From assembly GCA_041484665.1 (NCBI GenBank), contig JBGPIA010000037.1, positions 1 to 12,422 on the forward strand: a stretch of 12,422 nt of DNA, written 5' to 3'. The stretch comes from Candidatus Krumholzibacteriia bacterium. GTDB lineage: Bacteria > Krumholzibacteriota > Krumholzibacteriia > JAJRXK01. Every line of letters starts with the position of its first letter. Within the stretch, counting starts at the first letter, position 1. The translations under genes and the position numbers were made by a program. The notes below the pieces were generated by a model. That model did no database searches and was not told the origin of the DNA. It saw nothing but the letters and a program-made list of their open reading frames with translations. Shown here piece after piece: positions 1-6,971 of this stretch.

Positions 1-105
1 GGACAACAGGTTGCAAGAAAGTTGAGATTTCGTGTCCCCGACCACTGGGCAGACCCCCCTTTCCCCATCAGCGGACGCGAGTCCAACGACAGGAGGTAGC
101 CGGCC

Positions 106-375
106 ATGCGCACGCCGGAAGTTCGGACGCTGGTTTCGGAACTGTTCGAGGAGGAGGCCCTGGTCCTCGGCGGCCTGGTTGCCACCCACGCGGTGGATGA
201 CGAGCTGGTCTGGAGCCTGGTCCGCAGCCTCGACGTGATCCGCCGGCGGACGCTGGGCCGGGTCGACGAGGGGGCTTCGCCGGCCATTGGCGAGGACGCC
301 CCGAAGCCCGGCGTGCCGCGACCTCATCCGGCGATCGAGGACTTCCTGAAGAGGATTCGCGAGGACACGACGTGA
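106..375 (+). CDS. Small hypothetical protein (89 aa)
   Basis: Strong RBS AGGAGGT at 91-97 before the ATG, GC3-biased codons and same orientation as the operon. No recognisable motif. Confidence 0.75.
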   Translation: MRTPEVRTLVSELFEEEALVLGGLVATHAVDDELVWSLVRSLDVIRRRTLGRVDEGASPAIGEDAPKPGVPRPHPAIEDFLKRIREDTT

Positions 376-471
376 TGGCCGCCTTGGCGCCGACCAAAGC
401 GCCACGGGCAGGATCAATCTAAACAGGCCCGGTCACACCGTGACTGTGGCCATGAAAGAGGAGCCAGAACA

Positions 472-1059
472 ATGATCGTCAGCGATCCATGGAAGCGTGC
501 CGAGCAGATGGCGCGCAATCACGATCAGGGCGCCAGCAAGTGGCTCAAGCTCGTCGACGGCGAGAAGAAGGTCGTCGTCTTCCTCGGCGACCCACACCCC
601 CGCGAGGTCGTCTTCCAGGAGGGCAAGTACGCGACGTTCGATGACAGCCACCGGGCCCAGGGTCTCAAGTCGTCGCTCCGCGTGAGTTTCAACGTCGCGA
701 TCTACAACACCAAGGAGATCAGGATCTTCGAGCAGGGCTCGATGTTCTTCAAGGACCTCCTGCGCGTGCGCGAGAAGTTCCGCCTGGACCGCTGGGCGTT
801 CGAGATCCAGCGCAACGGTGCCGCAGGTGATCCCAAGACGACCTACAGCATCCTGCCTGAGCGCGAGCTCACTCCGGAGCAGCAGAAGGCTTACCAGGCG
901 CTGCCGCTGTTCGACCTGGTGGAGCTGTACGGGGGCAACGCTGCGGCGCAGCCGACGCCGGTCAGCCAGGGCGCCGGGCCCGCTGCCGTCGGCGAGACAG
1001 GCCCCACGCCGGCCACCGCCGTGCCCCAGGCCGACGACGATCGAGATCTTCCGTTCTGA
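472..1059 (+). CDS. Putative phage-type single-stranded DNA-binding protein
   Basis: RBS GAGGAG at 458-463. Beta-rich, aromatic N-terminal core (WLKLVDGEKKVVVFLG...FEIQRNG...TTYSILP), a Pro/Ala/Gly linker and an acidic tail ending DDDRDLPF like the SSB C-terminal motif. Lies next to nuclease and primase genes. Confidence 0.7.
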   Translation: MIVSDPWKRAEQMARNHDQGASKWLKLVDGEKKVVVFLGDPHPREVVFQEGKYATFDDSHRAQGLKSSLRVSFNVAIYNTKEIRIFEQGSMFFKDLLRVREKFRLDRWAFEIQRNGAAGDPKTTYSILPERELTPEQQKAYQALPLFDLVELYGGNAAAQPTPVSQGAGPAAVGETGPTPATAVPQADDDRDLPF

Positions 1060-1067
1060 GCCCGCTT

Positions 1068-1577
1068 GTGAGCGTCTCGACTGCAGCAGCGTACGTGAGG
1101 GCGTCCCCAGGGCGCCCCATCTCCGCGACTGACCTCGTGGTCGTGATCGATACGCGCGAGCAGCTGCCCTACCGCTTTCCGCGGTCGGTGGTGCAGACGC
1201 TGCAGTCAGGGGACTACTCGCTGGTGGGATACGAGGACTGGGTGGCCATCGAGCGCAAGACGAAATCGGACGCCTACAGCTCGCTGGGGCGAGATCGACC
1301 GCGATTCGAGAGGGAGATGGAGCGGCTCGCCGAGCTGGACTACGCAGCCGTGGTCCTCGAGGTCAGCCTGCGCGAGTTCCTAGTGGCGCCCTACCACTCG
1401 TGCCTGAACCCGCGCGCCGCGGTCAACACCCTGCTCGCGTGGTCGATCAAGTACGACGTCCACGTCTTCTTCGCGGGCAGCCGGGAGTGCGGCAACGCGA
1501 TCACCCTGCGCCTGCTGGAGAAGTACCACCGCTACCGCATCGAGCCGGGGCGGTCGTCCCAGGTTGGCGCGCAGTGA
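1068..1577 (+). CDS. ERCC4/XPF-domain endonuclease (stand-alone)
   Basis: ERCC4 signatures VIDTREQ, GDY and IERKxxxD are all present, followed by R-F-x-x-E-x-x-R. GTG start 8 nt after the upstream stop. Confidence 0.9.
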   Translation: MSVSTAAAYVRASPGRPISATDLVVVIDTREQLPYRFPRSVVQTLQSGDYSLVGYEDWVAIERKTKSDAYSSLGRDRPRFEREMERLAELDYAAVVLEVSLREFLVAPYHSCLNPRAAVNTLLAWSIKYDVHVFFAGSRECGNAITLRLLEKYHRYRIEPGRSSQVGAQ

Positions 1578-1585
1578 GGCAGGCC

Positions 1586-3967
1586 ATGGCCGAGACCATC
1601 GAGGGGGCCAGGGACGTGCTCGTTGAAAGCGGCACGGTGGCAGGCGAGGCGAGCCCGGGCGGCTTCCCACGGCAGGCCGAGGACCCGGTTGCCCTGCGCA
1701 CGGAGGAGGTCCGCGCCGGCATCGCGCGAGGCTGGGCGTTCACGCCGCTGAACGGGAAGAAGCCAATCCTCAAGGCGTGGCAGAAGCGCCCCAAGCCTCG
1801 GTTGGACGAGGCCCTTGTCTGGGCACGTCAAGGCAACATCGGCCTTCGGACCGGCGCGATCTCGGGGGTCGTAGTCGTCGACATCGATCCGGGGGCTGAG
1901 ACGAGCGCGCTTGACCTGCCGCGGACGGTAACCGTGGTGACGGGCCGGGGCGGTCGGCATCTGTATTTCCGCGCCCCTGACGTCGAGATCTGCAACTCCG
2001 CTGGCAAACTTGCCGAGCACGTCGACTTCCGCGGCGACGGCGGCCAGGCGGCATTTGTCGGATCGGCGCACCCCGACACCGGGCAGGTGTACCGGTGGGC
2101 AGACGACTTGTCCCCGGACGATGTCGTGCTGGCGCCGTTGCCCGACTGGATACTCCACGCAGGGAAGGGCAACGGCTCCCCTGCCAGCGATGCTGGGGCG
2201 CCCGCCAAGCCCGATCGTCCGCGGGCTTACGCGCAGAAGTGTCTCCGCGCGGAGCTGGAGAAAGTGCGGACCGCGTCCGAAGGGCAGCGCAACGACCAGC
2301 TCAACAAGTCGGCCTTCAACCTCGGCCGCTTGATCGCCAGCGGGGACCTCGACCGCGCCGACGTCGAGCGCGAGCTGCTCGTCGCAACGGCGCTGCCGGA
2401 TGCGGAAGCCCGGCCGACGATTCAGTCGGGGATCGACGCGGGCATGCTGGAGCCGCGGGGCCCGGCGCAGGGCCGACACACCGTCCTCGTTCCGGGCGGG
2501 CACCGCACCGACGACGGGGCTTACAAGGAGGTGAGCGAGAAGGAGTTTGCCCAGGCGGTGCTCCACGCCATCCCGGAGGGCCAGATCTACCGTCGAGGCG
2601 AGCCGGGCGTGCCGGGCGAGCTGCTGGGCAGCCCCGGCTCGCGCTACTTCAACGTCCTCGACTCCGACTCCAGCCGCCTGCTCATCGGCGAGTTCGCACG
2701 GTTGTGCAAGTGGACGAAGGCAACGCGAGGAGAAGACCCGAAGCTCGTCGTCTGTCCCGTCACCAAGGCGCACGCTGGTCTGGTCCTGGCGGAAGCGCGC
2801 GGCAACGATCGCGTGCGCAGGATCGAGCTGATCGCTCCCTACCCGGCCTACGGGTGCATGCCAGGCTGGAACGCCAACGGGATCTACTGCGACCTCGTGG
2901 CGGAGCTGGTCGATCTGGAACCCGAGTTGGACAGCGAGACGATCCACTGCGCCCTCGAGGACCTGCTCATCGACTTCCCGTTCGCCGACGAGGCCAGCCG
3001 ACAGAACTTCATCGGTCTGATGCTGACGCCCCTCCTGCGGCCGATCATCGAGGGCAACGTCCCGCTTCACCTGGTCGCCTCCCCACTGGAGCGGACGGGC
3101 AAGACCAAGCTGTGCGAGGAGATCTTCGGGGGCACGCTCCTGGGCTACCCCACGCCGGCGCTGCAGCTGTCGGGCAGCGAGGAGGAGATCGACAAGCGGA
3201 TCGTGGGGTTGCTGCTCAAGGGGACCCCGCTCGTCCACCTGGACAACCTCCGCGCCTACGTCGACAGCCCCGCCCTGTCCAGCTTGATCACGGCCTCGCG
3301 CTACCAGGGGCGGGTGCTGAGCACCAACGCCATGCCCGCGTTGTCCAACCAGGCGGTGCTCGTGGCGAGCGGCAACAACGTGCACATGTCGGGCGAGATG
3401 GCCAAGCGGACGGTGCCCATCCTGCTCCAGCCCTCCGACGATGCCCCCGAGCTGCGCAGGGACTTCAAGCACCCCGACCTGCGGGCGTTCGTGCGGGACT
3501 CGCGCCGCCTGAACCTGGCTTGCCTGCTCGGGATGATCGCTCGCTGGGAGCAGCAAGGGCGCCCTCAGGGGGAGCAGCGCCTCGGCGGGTTCGAGGCGTG
3601 GTGCGCGATCGTGGGCGGCGTCATGCGGGCCAACCGGTTCGACCGCTGGCTGACCAACGCCAGGGACTGGCAGCGCCAGGCCGACCCCCACGGGGAGGAC
3701 CTCATCACCTTCGTGCGGCTGTGGCGCGAGCGGCACGGCGAGGTGCCCGTCTCGGCCAACCAGCTCATGGCCCTCGCCGACGAGAACGACCTGTTCCTCG
3801 ACGAGCTCAGGGGCGCGACCGAGAAGGGCAAGCTGGGCTCGTTCTCCAAGCGGGTGCTGGGTCGGCACAAGGACACGCCAGTGCGCGGGCGCACGATCCG
3901 GCAGCTGCGGACGGGGGCGGAGCGGCTGTGGAAGCTGGAGCAGGCCAGTGCCAATGACACGTCGTGA
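1586..3967 (+). CDS. Bifunctional DNA primase/polymerase (Prim-Pol, AEP) fused to a PriCT-like region and a C-terminal P-loop ATPase/helicase (about 793 aa)
   Basis: AEP motifs VVVDID, TGRGGRHLYF and VDFRGDGG; GQRNDQLNKSAF helical segment; Walker A-like ERTGKT, Walker B LVHLDN, sensor ASGNN and AKR arginine-finger candidate. Start moved from 1400 to ATG 1586 (or GTG 1574 overlapping the ERCC4 stop) because 1400 lies inside the ERCC4 gene. Confidence 0.88.
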   Translation: MAETIEGARDVLVESGTVAGEASPGGFPRQAEDPVALRTEEVRAGIARGWAFTPLNGKKPILKAWQKRPKPRLDEALVWARQGNIGLRTGAISGVVVVDIDPGAETSALDLPRTVTVVTGRGGRHLYFRAPDVEICNSAGKLAEHVDFRGDGGQAAFVGSAHPDTGQVYRWADDLSPDDVVLAPLPDWILHAGKGNGSPASDAGAPAKPDRPRAYAQKCLRAELEKVRTASEGQRNDQLNKSAFNLGRLIASGDLDRADVERELLVATALPDAEARPTIQSGIDAGMLEPRGPAQGRHTVLVPGGHRTDDGAYKEVSEKEFAQAVLHAIPEGQIYRRGEPGVPGELLGSPGSRYFNVLDSDSSRLLIGEFARLCKWTKATRGEDPKLVVCPVTKAHAGLVLAEARGNDRVRRIELIAPYPAYGCMPGWNANGIYCDLVAELVDLEPELDSETIHCALEDLLIDFPFADEASRQNFIGLMLTPLLRPIIEGNVPLHLVASPLERTGKTKLCEEIFGGTLLGYPTPALQLSGSEEEIDKRIVGLLLKGTPLVHLDNLRAYVDSPALSSLITASRYQGRVLSTNAMPALSNQAVLVASGNNVHMSGEMAKRTVPILLQPSDDAPELRRDFKHPDLRAFVRDSRRLNLACLLGMIARWEQQGRPQGEQRLGGFEAWCAIVGGVMRANRFDRWLTNARDWQRQADPHGEDLITFVRLWRERHGEVPVSANQLMALADENDLFLDELRGATEKGKLGSFSKRVLGRHKDTPVRGRTIRQLRTGAERLWKLEQASANDTS

Positions 3968-4068
3968 CACGTATGACACGTTTCCTTAGATGCTTCTAAG
4001 AAGGAAGGAAGGAATGAAGAATATAAAGGGGGGAAGGAAAACGCGTCACACGTGTCATCACGTGTCAT
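3954..4068. repeat. Inverted iteron array, candidate replication origin
   Basis: TGACACGT at 3955, 3965 and 3974; inverted copies ACGCGTCA 4041 (one mismatch), ACGTGTCA 4050 and ACGTGTCA 4060. The centre holds the palindrome CTTAGA-TGCT-TCTAAG (3985-4000) and an AT-enriched, purine-rich tract (3998-4041). Confidence 0.8.
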
Positions 4069-4099
4069 CGCCGTGGCCTGCACAGGGGGGTTCGGGGTG

Positions 4100-5119
4100 A
4101 TGCTCGCGGCCCTCCGAGCCCTCCCCGCCTACCTCGGCGGCAAGCGCCGGCTGCTCGGCGCCATCTTCCGCGGGCTGCCGCCGCCGGCCGAGGCGCCGGT
4201 GCTCGTGGATCCCTTCCTCGGCGGCGGGTCGGTGAGCCTGTACGCCAAGGCCCGGGGCTACCGCGTGGTGTGCAACGACCTGGCCGAGCGCAGCGCGATC
4301 GTGGGCAAGGCCCTCATCGAGAACGACCGCGTCCGGCTGCAGCACGACGACCTGGTCCGCCTGTGCGTCCATGTGGACGGCCCCGGGTACGCGGAACAGC
4401 ACCTGGCGCCGGACGTCTGGCCGGTGGAGCACGCCAGGTTCCTCGACACCGCCCTGGCCAATGCCCGCGAGCTCGAAGGCCCGAAGCGATGGCTCGCCTT
4501 GCTGCTCGTCGAGCGCCACGCCCTGCGGCTGCGGCCAATGGGCAACTTCGGCGCGAGGACGATCGTGCGACAGGCAGCGGCTGGCGAGTGGGAGTCGATG
4601 AACGAGCACTACGTCCGCGACCTCGCACGGCGTGGCCTGCCCCTGCACCCGATCCGGCTGGCGGAGACGCTGCGTCGCCAGATCAACGCGGGCGTGTTCA
4701 GCAATGGCCAGGAGAACCGCGCCTGCCAGGGCGATGCCGTCGAGTTCCTGCGCGGCGTCCGGGGCGACGTCTGCTACCTGGACCCCCCATACGCTGGGAC
4801 GCAGTCCTACGAGCGTTCGCTGCGCCCGCTCGACGAGCTCCTGCATGGCGGGCCGCTGGACAGCCAGTCGAGCGCGTACAGCACGGACTCACCCGACAAG
4901 GTGTTGCCTCCGCTGCTGGAGGCGGCTGCGCACATCCCCGTCGTCGCGCTGTCGTACGGCAATCACCTCATCGACCTGGGTGACCTCATGGAAATGGTCC
5001 GCCGGCACTGGCCAGTGGTCGAAGGGCGCGCCATCCGCTACGTGCACTGCACCGGGCTGGCTGGCGAGGCGAGTCGCGAGCGGAACCATGAGCTGCTGGT
5101 GATCGGGAGGAAGTCATGA
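4100..5119 (+). CDS. DNA adenine methyltransferase, D12/Dam-like (alpha motif order), orphan
   Basis: N-terminal YLGGKRRL, SAM-binding DPFLGGGSV, NDL and catalytic YLDPPY. Start placed at ATG 4100 (or GTG 4097) because the track start at 4052 is inside the iteron array. Confidence 0.9.
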   Translation: MLAALRALPAYLGGKRRLLGAIFRGLPPPAEAPVLVDPFLGGGSVSLYAKARGYRVVCNDLAERSAIVGKALIENDRVRLQHDDLVRLCVHVDGPGYAEQHLAPDVWPVEHARFLDTALANARELEGPKRWLALLLVERHALRLRPMGNFGARTIVRQAAAGEWESMNEHYVRDLARRGLPLHPIRLAETLRRQINAGVFSNGQENRACQGDAVEFLRGVRGDVCYLDPPYAGTQSYERSLRPLDELLHGGPLDSQSSAYSTDSPDKVLPPLLEAAAHIPVVALSYGNHLIDLGDLMEMVRRHWPVVEGRAIRYVHCTGLAGEASRERNHELLVIGRKS

Positions 5120-5814
5120 AGGCGAGCGAGCTCGAGGTCGTGCAGATCGACGTGGACCGGCTGGTGCCGAACCCCTGGAACGTGAACCGCATGCCCGCGC
5201 GGCTGCAGGCGAAGCTGGCGGCCTACCTGAAGCGTGAGGGGTTCGTCGAGCCGATCGTGGTGCGCCCGCATCCGAAGCAGGATGGCGCCTACGAGATCAT
5301 CGGCGGGGAGCACCGCTGGCGCGTGGCGAAGGAGCGGCTGGGCTACAGCGTCGTCCCGTGCGTGGTGCTGCAGGGGCTCGATGACAAGCGCGCAAAGATT
5401 CTGTCGGTGAATCTCAACAGTATGAAAGGCGAGGCAGTCCCCTCGCTGCTCAGCAAGCTGCTCAACGATCTTCAGCAGGGCATCCCGCTCGATGACCTGG
5501 CGGCGACGCTGCCCTACGACACGAGCGAGATCACGGACTTCCTGTCGCTGCTGCAGGTGCCCGAGGGGTTCGCCGACGAACTCGAAGCCGAGGCCGAGGC
5601 TCAGGACGAGCACGCGCCGGTGGTGCTGACGCTGGTGCTGGACCGCAAGCAGGCGGAGCTGTGGGAAGCAGCGGTGCAGGCGGCCAAGGAGGAAGTCGGC
5701 GGAGCGCGCAACCCGAAGGCGCGGACGCTGGAGCTGATGGCGAGCGAGTTCGTTGCGGCACGCCGTGAGGAGAATGACCCTCGAAAGCAAAGGGTGGCCC
5801 AGGGCGGGGCGTGA
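5116..5814 (+). CDS. ParB/Srx N-terminal domain protein
   Basis: LVPNPWNVN, GFVEPIVVR and YEIIGGEHRWRVAK (GxxR box) motifs. RBS GGGAGG at 5105-5110 and ATGA overlap with the MTase stop. Confidence 0.88.
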   Translation: MKASELEVVQIDVDRLVPNPWNVNRMPARLQAKLAAYLKREGFVEPIVVRPHPKQDGAYEIIGGEHRWRVAKERLGYSVVPCVVLQGLDDKRAKILSVNLNSMKGEAVPSLLSKLLNDLQQGIPLDDLAATLPYDTSEITDFLSLLQVPEGFADELEAEAEAQDEHAPVVLTLVLDRKQAELWEAAVQAAKEEVGGARNPKARTLELMASEFVAARREENDPRKQRVAQGGA

Positions 5815-6209
5815 AGCTGATCGCGGGGCAAGGCGAATGCCGAATGTGTACGCATCAGCGAACGCTGCCACGCTGGCAGATCATACACGCGGCGCGCGGA
5901 GGCGAAAGGTCGCGAATTGTGCGGTGAACAGCGCGGATCATACAGCAGCGTTGTTACTGCTCAGTGAGAAAACGCTGCTTTCTCACGAAGGCCCCCGCGA
6001 GTGGCTAGAACCTGGCCGATCTTCGGGGGTGCAGATTCGCCTCAGGGCAGGCCCGGGGCGCGGGAAGGCCGGGTCGGAACGGCGGCAAGGTGGGCGCAGA
6101 ACGTGACCTCCCGGGAACCCCCGATCATGCCCGGCGTGGCCGGGCGGTCGAGGAGCCAGCGGGCCCCCGGGAGGCGGTAACAGGCTAGGTCTGAGGGGGA
6201 TACGCGGCA

Positions 6210-6971
6210 ATGGAGACGAGCGGCGACCTGGCGGCGCTGCAGGCTGCAGCGGCGGACCTGCCGGCCCAGCTGCGCCCGTTGCCCGGTCAGCTGGAAATCC
6301 GCCCACCGGCGGGCACCGTGGGGCCACACAAGGGGGCCACCCGCCATGGCTGGCACAGCGGCGACGCCGTCCAGATCCCGACATCGCTGACCTGCAATCA
6401 GTGCCCGCTGTACCACGTGAAGCGCAAGGATCCGCGGCACCCGCTGTCCTGTCCCGAGGGACGGAAGAACCGCATCTGCCCCATCCTGACGCGCCAGCAG
6501 ATCGCCTGGGCCGATGGTCTACTCCGCGAGGTGCAAGACGTCACCGGGGCACCCGCCACTCCGTCCGACTGCGCCCGGGTCGAGCAGATCATCCGGCACC
6601 GCAGCCGCCTGTTCCAGATCGAGAACTTCCTGAAGGTCAGCGGGCTCATCGATCTGCGCAGCGGCGAGGTGCGCAACGTGGCCGACCGGCTCACCACCAC
6701 CGAGAACGCGCTGACGCGGGTGCTCGGGGAGTACAGGCAGGCGATCGCGGAGCGCCGCGAGCAGCAGCCGCACCGTGGGCCACGACTCCAGGACTACCTG
6801 CGTGAGATCCAGGAGGGGACCGCTGGCCACGATGCGGGGACCGGTGCTGTGGCCGATCGGATCGCAGACGCCACCGTCCAGGACGCACCCCAGGACGACC
6901 CCGAGGACGCCGACGACGACGACACCGACGAGACCGACGACGAGATCGACGCGGAGGGCAACGCGCCGTGA
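6210..6971 (+). CDS. Hypothetical protein, candidate terminase small subunit with Cys4 motif and acidic tail
   Basis: GAGGGGG upstream; sits immediately before TerL with a GTGA overlap. KGATRHGWHS resembles the NAxKHGxYS motif of many TerS-position proteins. Contains CNQC...C...C, a helical middle and a D/E-rich C-terminus. Confidence 0.55.
   Translation: METSGDLAALQAAAADLPAQLRPLPGQLEIRPPAGTVGPHKGATRHGWHSGDAVQIPTSLTCNQCPLYHVKRKDPRHPLSCPEGRKNRICPILTRQQIAWADGLLREVQDVTGAPATPSDCARVEQIIRHRSRLFQIENFLKVSGLIDLRSGEVRNVADRLTTTENALTRVLGEYRQAIAERREQQPHRGPRLQDYLREIQEGTAGHDAGTGAVADRIADATVQDAPQDDPEDADDDDTDETDDEIDAEGNAP

Noticed and set aside
1..24. GTTGCAAGAAAG resembles the putative IS end GTTGCAAAAAG at 12290
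   Set aside because: Short gapped match in the same orientation at the window edge; cannot be distinguished from chance.
375..422. 15-codon ORF MAALAPTKAPRAGSI overlapping the stop of gene 106-375
   Set aside because: Too short, with no evidence beyond a TGATG overlap.
1532..3979. 815-aa minus-strand ORF and 620-aa alternative-frame ORF (2095-3957) over the primase
   Set aside because: Shadow ORFs expected from strong GC3 bias; no motifs, and they overlap a gene with clear motifs.
3955..4067. Short repeats considered as a CRISPR or mini-array
   Set aside because: Units are 8 bp with 1-2 bp gaps in inverted arrangement, with no spacers and no cas genes.
5753..6440. ORFs 5753-6106 (+), 5983-6384 (-) and 6042-6440 (-) in the ParB-TerS spacer
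   Set aside because: They overlap real genes, are R/P/G-rich without motifs and lack the element's codon bias; the spacer is treated as non-coding.
6879..6950. GAC-rich quasi-tandem repeat
   Set aside because: Explained by codons of the Asp/Glu-rich tail of the 6210-6971 protein.
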